A stretch of 64,000 nucleotides of DNA from Escherichia phage 215Ecol030PP. Shown here one piece after another: positions 43,660-53,636 of the stretch (position 1 is its first letter; each line of letters opens with the position of its first letter). The stretch lies in the sequence record PP328843.1. One strand, written 5' to 3'. Under the pieces are notes generated by a model that was not told the DNA's origin, did not search any database, and worked only from the letters and a program-made list of their open reading frames with translations. The position numbers and the translations under genes are program-made.

Positions 43660-45924
43660 TCATAATTTACAGGATGAACAATCTTCAGCTTTTGGAGTTT
43701 CTATTTCATAATCATCAGTACCAGAACCATCACGGGTATTATGATAATAGAAATTTTTAATGCCATAATACCATCCGTATAGCATGTCATCAATCATTAT
43801 TGACATTGGAACCTTGCCTTTAGGGAAGATTTGGGGGTCATAGTATGTATTCGCCGAAGCTGATTGACAAACCCATTTCAGCATAATAGCTACCTGCGTA
43901 AGATAAGGTTTATTACCTTTCTTAGCTAATTTCCATGTATAATCATAGAGGTCTATGTTATGCTCAATATTGGGCACGACTTGATTAAAGGAGCCCTCTT
44001 TTGATTCTTTAACAGAGACTGGTCCACGTGGAGGCTCGATACCGTTTGTACTGTTAGAAACTTGGGAAGATGACTCACATGGCATAAGTGCTGATAATGT
44101 GCTATTACGGATGCCAAAGAGCTTAAGGTCTTCCCGCAGCGCCGACCAGTCACAAACGTATTTTGGAGCTGCGATTTGGTCAATCTTTTTATTGTACCAG
44201 TCGATAGGTAGTTCGCCTCGAGACCAACGAGTGTCTGAATAATATTCGCAAGGTCCTTTTTCTTTGGCGAGCTTAATGGATGCTTTAATGAGTCCATACT
44301 GTAATCTCTCAAATAGTTCATGTGTTAAATCGTTAGCATCTTCATAAGAAGCAAAGTTACTTGCCAGCCAAGCTGCATAGTTAGTAACACCTACACCGAG
44401 GTTACGACGCTTTTTAGCTTTTTCTGCTTCAGGAACTGGATATCCTTGGTAATCCAACAGATTATCAAGAGCACGAACTTGAACTTCTGCCAATTCATTA
44501 ATTTTATCTTGGTCTTGCCAGTCAAAATTATCTAGTACGAATGCGCTAAGGGTACACAATCCAATTTCAGCATCAGGGCTATTCACATCATTTGTTGGAA
44601 TAGCAATTTCACAACACAAGTTACTCTGACGAATAGGTGCCTTTTCACGAATAAACGGAGTATAGTTATTCGTATTATCAATGAACTGTACATAAATCCT
44701 TGCTGTTCCTGAACGTTCAGTCATGAGCAATTCAAATAGTTCACGGGCTTTAATACGCTTTTTACGAATATTAGGGTCTTTTTCTGCTGCTTCGTATAAT
44801 TCACGGAAACGGTCTTGGTCTTTAAAATAAGAATAATAAAGCTCTCCACCCATTTCATGTGGACTGAACAAAGTAATGTAATCGTTCTTTCCAAATCGTT
44901 CCATCATCAAATCATTCAACTGAACACCATAATCCATATGACGGATGCGGTTTTCTTCTACGCCTTTGTTATTTTTCAAAACGAGAAGATTTTCAACTTC
45001 CAAATGCCAAATAGGATAATAAGCAGTAGCAGCGCCGCCACGAATTCCACCCTGTGAACATGATTTAACTGCAGTCTGAAAATGTTTCCAAAAAGGAATA
45101 ACACCAGTATGGCGTACTTCACCTGTGCCAATCTTAGAACCTTCAGCACGAATCATACCAACGTTAATACCAATTCCAGCGCGTTTAGAGATATATTCAA
45201 CAATTGAAGCAGAAGCCTTATTGATAGACTTCAGTGAATCGCCTGCCTCAATAACAACGCATGAACTAAACTGCCGAGTTGGAGTACGGCAACCAGCCAT
45301 AATAGGAGTTGGTAATGAAATCTGTCGAGTAGATACCGCTTCATAAAAACGGATAACATGTTTTAATCTATCAACAGGTTCATCTTGATGCAATGCCATT
45401 CCAATAGTCATAAATGCAAACTGTGGAGTTTCATAAATTTGACCAGTGGTTTTATCTTTAACTAGATATTTTTCTTTTAATTGCATCGCCCCGGAATAAG
45501 TAAATTCCATATCCCGCTCGTGCTTAATTTTTGATTCTAAAAATGTAATTTCTTCTGCTGAATATTTTGACAATAATTCAGGGTCATATTTACCTTCATT
45601 TACACAGTAAGAAATATGGTCAATAAATGAACGTGGTTCATATTGTCCGTAAACATGCTTACGAAGAGCAAACATTAAACAGCGTGCAGCTACATATTGA
45701 TAATCAGGCTCTTCAACCGAAATAGAATTCGCAGCAGCCTTAATGACAATAGTCTGAATATCATCAGTTGTCATTCCATCACGGAGATAAGATTTAATAT
45801 TTTCATATAATTCATAAGGATCTACTGATGTTCCCTCAGCTGCCCAAGATAAAACTTTAATAATTTTTTGTGGGTCAAAGCTCTGAGAAACACCACTACT
45901 TTTGATAACATTAATTAATTGCAT
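43660..45924 (-). CDS. nrdA: ribonucleotide reductase large subunit NrdA
   Basis: 754 aa, T4 NrdA size. Confidence 0.95.
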   Translation of the reverse strand: MQLINVIKSSGVSQSFDPQKIIKVLSWAAEGTSVDPYELYENIKSYLRDGMTTDDIQTIVIKAAANSISVEEPDYQYVAARCLMFALRKHVYGQYEPRSFIDHISYCVNEGKYDPELLSKYSAEEITFLESKIKHERDMEFTYSGAMQLKEKYLVKDKTTGQIYETPQFAFMTIGMALHQDEPVDRLKHVIRFYEAVSTRQISLPTPIMAGCRTPTRQFSSCVVIEAGDSLKSINKASASIVEYISKRAGIGINVGMIRAEGSKIGTGEVRHTGVIPFWKHFQTAVKSCSQGGIRGGAATAYYPIWHLEVENLLVLKNNKGVEENRIRHMDYGVQLNDLMMERFGKNDYITLFSPHEMGGELYYSYFKDQDRFRELYEAAEKDPNIRKKRIKARELFELLMTERSGTARIYVQFIDNTNNYTPFIREKAPIRQSNLCCEIAIPTNDVNSPDAEIGLCTLSAFVLDNFDWQDQDKINELAEVQVRALDNLLDYQGYPVPEAEKAKKRRNLGVGVTNYAAWLASNFASYEDANDLTHELFERLQYGLIKASIKLAKEKGPCEYYSDTRWSRGELPIDWYNKKIDQIAAPKYVCDWSALREDLKLFGIRNSTLSALMPCESSSQVSNSTNGIEPPRGPVSVKESKEGSFNQVVPNIEHNIDLYDYTWKLAKKGNKPYLTQVAIMLKWVCQSASANTYYDPQIFPKGKVPMSIMIDDMLYGWYYGIKNFYYHNTRDGSGTDDYEIETPKAEDCSSCKL

Positions 45925-46241
45925 AAGTCCTCAATTTGAAAATCGTCTTTAAACAGTCGGTTAACTATATGAGCTATTATATCACCATGACACGGCTTTG
46001 GTTTACATGTGCATCCTAGCCTCATTCCACGTAAAGGCTCTAAATGTGCTTTAGTTATTTCTCCGGATTTAATTCGACGTATAAAATCTTTTTTGAATAA
46101 TTCAATGGCAGCCTCCCGGCTGCCAGCATCTTTACCGACGTAATTCCCCCAAAATGTACCACGGTGAATATTAACATCAAAGTCGGATTTGTATTTATTC
46201 ACTACCCGGCATAGACGGCCCGCGCGGTGATAATTCGGCAT
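45915..46241 (-). CDS. hypothetical protein (nrdA.1 position)
   Basis: 108 aa ORF. Confidence 0.55.
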   Translation of the reverse strand: MPNYHRAGRLCRVVNKYKSDFDVNIHRGTFWGNYVGKDAGSREAAIELFKKDFIRRIKSGEITKAHLEPLRGMRLGCTCKPKPCHGDIIAHIVNRLFKDDFQIEDLCN

Positions 46242-46458
46242 ATTGTTTTTCCGTTAAAACAGTAATATCGTAGTAACAGTCAGAAGAAGTTTTAACTGTG
46301 GAAATTTTATTATCAAAATACTCACGAGTCATTTTATGAGTATAATATTTTTTGCCATAAATGATAATAGGCTGATTTGGTCCTGGAACTTCTAACTCGC
46401 TTGGGTTAGGAAGTGTAAAAAGAACGGCACCAGAAGTATCTTTAAATCGTAAAATCAT
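46195..46458 (-). CDS. hypothetical protein (nrdA.2 position)
   Basis: 87 aa ORF. Confidence 0.5.
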   Translation of the reverse strand: MILRFKDTSGAVLFTLPNPSELEVPGPNQPIIIYGKKYYTHKMTREYFDNKISTVKTSSDCYYDITVLTEKQYAELSPRGPSMPGSE

Positions 46459-46482
46459 ATATCCTCACAATTAATAAATTAA

Positions 46483-46794
46483 TTACACCGCCATTTTTCC
46501 TTTCAAGACACCATGGGACTGATAATCTTTGAGAACGAAATCTTTAGGCCTGAGTTTAAGAATGTATTCCAATTGTTCTTTAGTAGAAAGATAGCGGAAT
46601 TTATAAGGCAATCCGCCTATTACCAGTTCACAAAGCTCTTTAGGTTCACGACGCAAAATTTCTTTACATTGTTCCACGTGATTCATATAGATATGAGTAT
46701 TACCACCAGAAAATATCAAATCTCCTGGAATAAGATTACACATCTTAGCTACAATATGAACTAACGCAGCATATGATGCAATGTTGAATGGAAG
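46483..46794 (-). CDS. td: thymidylate synthase, exon 2
   Basis: Begins CTT CCA TTC AAC (LPFN...) right after intron-terminal G; 103 codons. Confidence 0.88.
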   Translation of the reverse strand, partial: LPFNIASYAALVHIVAKMCNLIPGDLIFSGGNTHIYMNHVEQCKEILRREPKELCELVIGGLPYKFRYLSTKEQLEYILKLRPKDFVLKDYQSHGVLKGKMAV

Positions 46795-47056
46795 CATTAT
46801 GTTCAGATAAGGTCGTTAATCTTATCCCGGAATTATATCCAGCTGCATGTCACCATGCAGAGCAGACTATATCTCCAACTTGTTAAAGCAAGTTGTCTAT
46901 CGTTTCGAGTCACTTGACCCTACTCCCTAAAGGGATAGTCGTTAGGCATTTAGGTAGAACCAAAGTCCTACAATTTAGCACGGGATTGTCTACTAGAGAG
47001 GTTCCCCGTTTAGATAGATTACAAGTATAAGTCACCTTATACTCAGGCCTCAATTA
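46795..47056 (-). other. group I self-splicing intron in td, 262 nt, no endonuclease ORF
   Basis: Starts UAAUUGAGGCCUGAGUAUAAGG... right after exon-1 GGU and ends ...CUGAACAUAAUG, as recalled for the T4 td intron; only a 16-nt loop where T4 carries I-TevI. Confidence 0.8.
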
Positions 47057-47746
47057 ACCCAAGAAAACATCTACTGAGCGTTGATACCACTGCAAATCCA
47101 AATAGCCATTACGCACATTAAACTGATAGAACATATGACAAGGCGGTAATGCCATATATTTAAGTTCAGCTGGATTCCATGCAGAAACAATTTGACGCCT
47201 ATCATTTGGCAATTTTTTAATACGATCAATAACTTCTACAATTTGGTCTACACCGCCAAAATCACGCCATTGTTTTCCATAAATTGGACCAAGTTCACCG
47301 CTATGGTATCCTAAATCTTTTGCTTGATTTTCGTAATTTTCATCCCAGACTGTTTTGCCTTGAATTAATGAATCATGCTGAATTTGGTCTACACCGCCAA
47401 AATCACGCCATTGTTTTCCATAAATTGGACCAAGTTCACCGCTATGGTATCCTAAATCTTTTGCTTGATTTTCGTAATTTTCATCCCAGACTGTTTTGCC
47501 TTGAATTAATGAATCATGCTGAATTAATCGTAAATCATTTACGTTAGTACTTCCTGATAAGAACCAAAGTAGCTCAGCAATGCAAGCTTTCCAAGCGAGC
47601 TTCTTAGTTGTTACCGCAGGAAAACCTTTAGTTAAATCCCAGCGTAATTTAGTACCGAACAAAGCAATTGTTCCTGTGCCTGTTCGGTCATCGGTTTCAT
47701 AGCCATTTTCAAAAATGTCTTTAATTAAATCTTGGTATTGTTTCAT
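47057..47746 (-). CDS. td: thymidylate synthase, exon 1, carrying an in-frame 47-codon tandem duplication
   Basis: 230 codons; IQHDSLIQGKTVWDENYENQAKDLGYHSGELGPIYGKQWRDFGGVDQ occurs twice in tandem. Confidence 0.88.
47241..47522 (-). repeat. exact 141-bp tandem duplication (2 copies) inside td exon 1
   Basis: Copy 1 at 47241-47381 and copy 2 at 47382-47522 read identical by eye; short AATT-type microhomology at the junction. Confidence 0.85.
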
Positions 47747-47790
47747 TTAGTACCTTATATAAATTATAATACATTTTATGAAGCTAATAA

Positions 47791-48138
47791 TCAATACGGT
47801 TTAGCATCAAATTTTCTTTCGATTTCAGGAGTGAAATATAATTCTTTACCGCGTTTGGAAAAGCGACCAATAATATGATAATTATTCTCATCAAACGTAA
47901 TATTACCAATATCCATAGCTTTCAACCAAATATCGATATTTCTATCCAGCTTTATGTCAAAATTCCAATACGGAGAACTATTACCGAAAATACTGCAAGC
48001 AGATTCAGTGAAACAACTGCTATAAATCTTGTCTTTAGGAACTACTAATTGATAGACACCTTTAATAAACTGAGGACCCTGCCACTTTGGCTGTTTCGCG
48101 TCTTCTTCTAATAGAATAGGGTAATAATTAAAGTTCAT
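47791..48138 (-). CDS. hypothetical protein inserted between frd and td
   Basis: ORF track begins at GTG 48150; ATG at 48138 gives 115 aa (MNFNYYPILLEEDAKQPK...). Confidence 0.55.
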   Translation of the reverse strand: MNFNYYPILLEEDAKQPKWQGPQFIKGVYQLVVPKDKIYSSCFTESACSIFGNSSPYWNFDIKLDRNIDIWLKAMDIGNITFDENNYHIIGRFSKRGKELYFTPEIERKFDAKPY

Positions 48139-48158
48139 ATTTTCCGCCACGCGTTATT

Positions 48159-48988
<830 letters not shown>

Positions 48989-48998
48989 ATTATTTTCC

Positions 48999-49241
48999 TT
49001 AAACAGACTTTTTCACAATTTTCCAATCAGCTTTAAACTGATCGACGTCAGAATGGTAAATCCAGAATCCTGCGCTTTCTCCGTCTTCATAAAGAGGACA
49101 TCCATCACATTCATCTTCCCATCCCATGTCACGTAAAAGATGTTCAGCTTTTTCAACAAGTTCAGAATCTTTACCGATGATATTAAAATACCATTTACCT
49201 CTAACTTCTGAATCTTTGATGCTCTGGCGTTGTAATCTCAT
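48999..49241 (-). CDS. hypothetical protein (frd.x cluster)
   Basis: ORF track begins at TTG 49298; ATG at 49241 with SD AAGGAGAA gives 80 aa; early promoter occupies 49262-49296. Confidence 0.5.
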   Translation of the reverse strand: MRLQRQSIKDSEVRGKWYFNIIGKDSELVEKAEHLLRDMGWEDECDGCPLYEDGESAGFWIYHSDVDQFKADWKIVKKSV

Positions 49242-49261
49242 TTTATTCTCCTTAGTTGATA

Positions 49262-49296
49262 AGGCTATAGTATCATTACCATAGCCCGTTGTAAAC
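49262..49296 (-). promoter_or_regulatory. early promoter inside frd.x cluster
   Basis: GTTTAC ... TACTAT with inverted repeat GGCTAT/ATAGCC embracing the -10. Confidence 0.45.
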
Positions 49297-49298
49297 AA

Positions 49299-49592
49299 TT
49301 ATTTTTGAATTTTATCGAGCCACTTACCAAGCTTAATCATTTCTTTAGTAGCCTTTTCCATACTTCTGAACTTAACCAATAGAGGATAGGTATCGACACC
49401 CATAACTAAACTGGTTACAAGACTGTGTTCACCCACAAGCCATAACGAATACGTTTGAATATCGAGCCCGTAATTTCTGTCTTTATGGACCCGTACACCC
49501 ATCACTTCAAATTTCTCACTAGCTTTTTCTACCGCATCCAGGAAATCATCTTTAGTCATATTAGGCCTTAAAAGTTTTTCGCAAAAGTTCAA
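49299..49592 (-). CDS. hypothetical protein (frd.x cluster)
   Basis: 97 aa ORF. Confidence 0.55.
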   Translation of the reverse strand: MNFCEKLLRPNMTKDDFLDAVEKASEKFEVMGVRVHKDRNYGLDIQTYSLWLVGEHSLVTSLVMGVDTYPLLVKFRSMEKATKEMIKLGKWLDKIQK

Positions 49593-49947
49593 TGATTTCG
49601 TCTACATTGTTTTCGTCAACAATGCAGTGAATTTTTGTTACGCCAGAAACCTTGTCTTTGACTTCATCCTCTTCAGAAGTTGGTTCTTTATATTCGCGGA
49701 AACAATAAAACTCTTCTTCACTAAGTTCAAAATAATCATCACCCATACCATCATCATTATAGATTTCACCGTTAGCACAAATGATTTCGGTTACATAATC
49801 AAAGCCATCTAAACTTGATATTGATTTAACTTCAAACCAACCACCATTTTCTTGAATGATGCCGACCATATTAGCATTTGATGAACTAATATCAATGAAA
49901 GATTTAATACGGTGTGGATTTAACTCGTATTTTTTGCCGATTTCCAT
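49561..49947 (-). CDS. hypothetical protein in frd-32 variable region
   Basis: 128 aa from the SD-preceded ATG at 49947; acidic C-terminal half. Confidence 0.5.
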   Translation of the reverse strand: MEIGKKYELNPHRIKSFIDISSSNANMVGIIQENGGWFEVKSISSLDGFDYVTEIICANGEIYNDDGMGDDYFELSEEEFYCFREYKEPTSEEDEVKDKVSGVTKIHCIVDENNVDEIIELLRKTFKA

Positions 49948-49992
49948 TTTGATTTTCCTCATTTTAATAGGGGCTTAATAGCCCCTTGATAA

Positions 49993-50220
49993 TTATTGTT
50001 CAATCAGTCCCATGTAAAATTCTGCGTCTTCAGAATCCATGCCATCACAATATTCATTAGCCATAAAGCGGGTGAGGTCTTCAAGAGGACCTTCAATAAC
50101 GATTTGAATACTCCAAAACTTAGAATCTTGTACGCTTGTGATACTAAGTTCAGGATAACGATTACGAATAATCTCTTCAATATATTCAAAATCAACGATG
50201 TCAATATCAACTTTAGCCAT
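49993..50220 (-). CDS. hypothetical protein in frd-32 variable region
   Basis: ATG at 50220 with SD AAGAGGAAAA gives 75 aa ([17 protein letters not shown]...). Confidence 0.5.
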   Translation of the reverse strand: MAKVDIDIVDFEYIEEIIRNRYPELSITSVQDSKFWSIQIVIEGPLEDLTRFMANEYCDGMDSEDAEFYMGLIEQ

Positions 50221-50324
50221 ATTATTTTCCTCTTTAATCATCAGCAGTATTGCCGATAGTTGTATAGTACCATGGAAGGACAAGGATGTAAACCGTTTTG
50301 TGAAAAAATTTTTGAAATAAAAAA

Positions 50325-50342
50325 GGGGACCTCTAGGGTCCC
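50325..50342 (-). terminator. intrinsic terminator after gene 32
   Basis: GGGGACC-TCTA-GGGTCCC then U tract on minus strand. Confidence 0.6.
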
Positions 50343-50365
50343 CAATTAATTAGTAATATAATCTA

Positions 50366-51271
50366 TTAAAGGTCATTCAAAAGGTCATCCAGGTCCGTGT
50401 CATCAGCACTAGATGAACTGCCAGAGCTTGAGCTCATAAAATCATCTTCAGTTTTTGTTTTGAAGTCATCAACATTGAATGCATCCAAATCATCAGCAAC
50501 TTTATCAGCTTTCTTAGCGGCAGTTGCAGCGGCACCACCCATAGCAGCAGTTCCCATAACTTGACTGAACTTAGTGCTCAGTTCTTCAAACGATTTGAAT
50601 TTATCTTTAGAAGTCATTTCAGAAAGGTCAACCATTTGTTCGAACAGTTCTTTCTGGAAAGATTCATCGTCAATGTTTGGAATCGCAGATTGATTCAGGA
50701 ATTTAGATTCGTCGTAGTTACTAAATCCAGAAACTTGTTTAACTTTCAGTACAAAGTTAGCACCTTCCCACGGACAAGTTACATCAACCGGAGTTTCACC
50801 CATTTCAACATCAACCGCAATCATTGCATTGATTTTATCCCAGATTTTCTTACCGAAGCGGTATTTAAATACTTTACCTTCGTTTTCTGGAGCAGCTGGA
50901 TCTTTTACTACAAGAATGTTAGCCCAGTAAGAAGTTTTACGTTTAACAAGACTGTACTCTTTATTGTCAGTGTTGTACAGATCATTTTTACTGATGTACT
51001 GACATACTGGGCAAGAATCGTAATCACCGTGGGTAGATGAACATGTTTCAATATACCATTTACCATTTTTCTTGAAACCGTGATTTACAAGAATTGCGAA
51101 TGGTGCTTGTTCATCATTTTTAGACGGAAGAAAACGAATTACTGCTTGACCGTTACCCGCATTGTCGAGTTTCAGTTTCCACTCGCCTTTATCTTCAGAA
51201 GAAAAACCTTTATTGCCATTCAGTTTAGCCATTTGTGCAGCGAGTTCAGCAGTAGATTTACGTTTAAACAT
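50366..51271 (-). CDS. 32: single-stranded DNA-binding protein gp32
   Basis: 301 aa; acidic C-terminal tail; zinc-binding H/C cluster; leader operator upstream. Confidence 0.97.
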
Positions 51272-51345
51272 TTTTATTTCCTTTTTAATTTAATTAACAG
51301 TTGGTGCTATGACGATGTATGACCTCATAGCTGGTCAGTGAGATA
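51272..51345 (-). promoter_or_regulatory. gene 32 mRNA leader: autoregulatory operator with pseudoknot
   Basis: Minus strand ...GCUAUGAGGUCAUACAUCGUCAUAGCACCAACUGUUAAUUAAAUUAAAAAGGAAAUAAAAAUG matches the T4 gene 32 translational operator as recalled. Confidence 0.7.
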
Positions 51346-51354
51346 ATTATAATC

Positions 51355-51362
51355 TATTTATA
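51355..51362 (-). promoter_or_regulatory. late promoter TATAAATA for gene 32
   Basis: Plus TATTTATA = minus TATAAATA. Confidence 0.5.
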
Positions 51363-51370
51363 ATAAGCAA

Positions 51371-52024
51371 TTAATACTTACAAGATTTCACAGTTTCAAT
51401 GAAAACATTTTTAGCTTTCTGTGAATCAATATTTAAAATTTTTCTATAAGCCTTTAACTTTATAGAATAATTATTCCAGACTAAATTATCAGTCTGTTCA
51501 TCATGTTTATCAATTATATTTAAAAATGAATCAAGCAAGATAAACGTCTCAAACGAAATTATGTTCGATTGCAGAAGTTTAAAAATATAACTCGACTGAA
51601 CTTTTGGATTATACTCAAAGATTTCTTTAAAAGCAGAAACTTCAACTTTTTTACTAAAATAATAGATATTCCTAATATCTTCTTCAAACTTAAATTTAAT
51701 TTGCTTTAAGCGTCCGATATATTCACGATAAAACACAAGTGCATCAGCGTCAGAGATGTCACCAATCCAAGCATCTTGGTTAGCAACCAAATTACTTATA
51801 AAGATTAAAGCAAGTTCCTTTAATTTATATTTTTCTGATAACTTCTGGAAAAAATACTTATCCCTTCGCTTTTGATAAGCGGCATCAGACACCCGCATGC
51901 ACCAATTATACTTAATTACATCATACTTTCCATTCATATGTTGTTTTATCATTAAGTATAATTTATAAACTGATTTACCATCAATGTATCTTTCACCACC
52001 AGCAGGCATGCGGAGTTTAATCAT
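51371..52024 (-). CDS. 59: helicase loader gp59
   Basis: 217 aa, T4 gp59 size. Confidence 0.9.
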   Translation of the reverse strand: MIKLRMPAGGERYIDGKSVYKLYLMIKQHMNGKYDVIKYNWCMRVSDAAYQKRRDKYFFQKLSEKYKLKELALIFISNLVANQDAWIGDISDADALVFYREYIGRLKQIKFKFEEDIRNIYYFSKKVEVSAFKEIFEYNPKVQSSYIFKLLQSNIISFETFILLDSFLNIIDKHDEQTDNLVWNNYSIKLKAYRKILNIDSQKAKNVFIETVKSCKY

Positions 52025-52359
52025 AGTAGAAAATCTAATGTATTAGTTTTTTCACAACGAACAACAGAAGGACGTAAAAGATTTTCGTCAATAGCTTCTG
52101 ACTGGATTTTTTCAATTATCCCCGAAGGAATAAATTTAGCAAATTGAGTTTCAGGAATAGAGTTTTCTTCCAAGAATGCTGTTGTAGCTTCAAGATAACT
52201 CATTCCAAACTCTTCTACCATTTTTTCAATAATAAATCCGTTTTCTTGACGGTCAAGAAGCTTTGCTATTTCATCCTTTTCTTTCTTAATTGAAAGTTCT
52301 TTTTCTGAAAGACCGGTCTCATCGACCGGACGAATATCATTTAGAGAAAACTGTGTCAT
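52021..52359 (-). CDS. 33: late transcription coactivator gp33
   Basis: ATG at 52359 gives 112 aa MTQFSLNDIRPVDE... Confidence 0.85.
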   Translation of the reverse strand: MTQFSLNDIRPVDETGLSEKELSIKKEKDEIAKLLDRQENGFIIEKMVEEFGMSYLEATTAFLEENSIPETQFAKFIPSGIIEKIQSEAIDENLLRPSVVRCEKTNTLDFLL

Positions 52360-52606
52360 AAAGTTCAACTACCTCTTCAGTTTCAGCTTCAAACACATCA
52401 CGGTTATCTTTATGATACAAAGCTAATAGACGATTAAACATCTTACCATCAACGCCAAGTTCATCTTTGGCACGAATTCGAATATCTTTAATCAGTTCAT
52501 TATAACCGGAAATTTTCAGTTTATGATCAGATGCTTCTTTAATAAATTTAGCCAAGTCTTCGCCATGGATAGCTTCATCAAATTCAACCATTTCTTTTTT
52601 AGCCAT
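52337..52606 (-). CDS. dsbA: DsbA double-stranded DNA-binding protein
   Basis: 89 aa ORF overlapping gene 33 start. Confidence 0.8.
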   Translation of the reverse strand: MAKKEMVEFDEAIHGEDLAKFIKEASDHKLKISGYNELIKDIRIRAKDELGVDGKMFNRLLALYHKDNRDVFEAETEEVVELYDTVFSK

Positions 52607-52614
52607 TATTCACC

Positions 52615-53532
52615 TCAAAATTCATTAATGCTATTAGTTAATTTAGAAAGACCCGCTTTTACAAAATATGAATAAATTTTGCCACGCGGTGGTAATTTAT
52701 ATGAATTATAGTAATTCACAATGTTTGAAGCAATATTATCAGGAATATAATCAAAATCAATTAGAACTAAATTTTCTTTATAACGATTATATTCAGATTC
52801 TGTGAGAAGCACCTTAGCTTGCTCACGGTCATTAGCAATAGCTTCAACGATTGAAGTTTTCATTGAAGGAGTTCGTTCACCTTCAACTCTAGTAAACCAA
52901 AAGTCAGATCGTACTTTAACTGAAGCAACGTTATCCTTTTTGTCTCCCTTAAGGATTTTAGTCATACAGTCAATTTCAGCAGAACCGCTTTTAATTTTAA
53001 CCCATTTCTTGTGCATCGGTGACCATTGCTTAACATTTGGATATTTGTGAAGCTGTGTAAAGTCACCATCCGATGAAATGATTAAAATCTTGTGTCCTTC
53101 TAAAGAGAACTTTTTAACAAGAACAGCAATATGGTCATCTGCTTCATACTTATCAATATCCATAACAATGTATGGCATATAAGCTTTCAATTCATCTATA
53201 ACTTTATGGCTGGATTCAAAATAACCTTCCCAATCCCAAGTAGATTCTTCTCGTGCTTTTCCACGGTTTTTCTTATAATAATAAGCAAAATCACGACGCC
53301 AATATCCAGATTTCGCGTTATCAATACACAGCACAATTTTAGTGTATCCAAGCGTTTTTGCTTTTTTGACATTAAACTTAATTGAGTTCAATATCAAATG
53401 ACGAACCATTGATAAATTAATTTTTTCTTTATCTGGAAAGTTTACCAAAGCAGTTGAAAGCGCAATTTGACTAAAGTCAATTAAGCAGATTCCTTCTTTG
53501 TAATCTTCATCCAACATCATTTCTAAATCCAT
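52615..53532 (-). CDS. rnh: RNase H (5'-3' exonuclease, FEN-like)
   Basis: ATG at 53532 gives 305 aa MDLEMMLDEDYKEG...; early promoter upstream. Confidence 0.92.
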   Translation of the reverse strand: MDLEMMLDEDYKEGICLIDFSQIALSTALVNFPDKEKINLSMVRHLILNSIKFNVKKAKTLGYTKIVLCIDNAKSGYWRRDFAYYYKKNRGKAREESTWDWEGYFESSHKVIDELKAYMPYIVMDIDKYEADDHIAVLVKKFSLEGHKILIISSDGDFTQLHKYPNVKQWSPMHKKWVKIKSGSAEIDCMTKILKGDKKDNVASVKVRSDFWFTRVEGERTPSMKTSIVEAIANDREQAKVLLTESEYNRYKENLVLIDFDYIPDNIASNIVNYYNSYKLPPRGKIYSYFVKAGLSKLTNSINEF

Positions 53533-53555
53533 ATGAACCTCGTTCAATTAGTGAG

Positions 53556-53592
53556 ATTTCTATTATATACTATCTAAATCTTAAAGTAAACA
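53556..53592 (-). promoter_or_regulatory. early promoter for rnh (GTTTAC -35, TATAAT -10)
   Basis: Minus strand GTTTAC-N18-TATAAT about 25 nt upstream of rnh ATG. Confidence 0.55.
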
Positions 53593-53594
53593 GG

Positions 53595-53602
53595 TATAAA
53601 TA
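53595..53602 (+). promoter_or_regulatory. late promoter TATAAATA for gene 34
   Basis: Exact motif about 35 nt upstream of ATG. Confidence 0.6.
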
Positions 53603-53636
53603 CTTATTATTGAAAACACAATAGGAGCCCGGGAGA

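Noticed and set aside
47284-47547. 87-aa plus-strand ORF with internal repeat
   Set aside because: Antisense reading of the td 141-bp duplication; its repetitiveness just mirrors the duplication.
50561-51040. 159-aa plus-strand ORF
   Set aside because: Antisense within gene 32, which is unambiguous.
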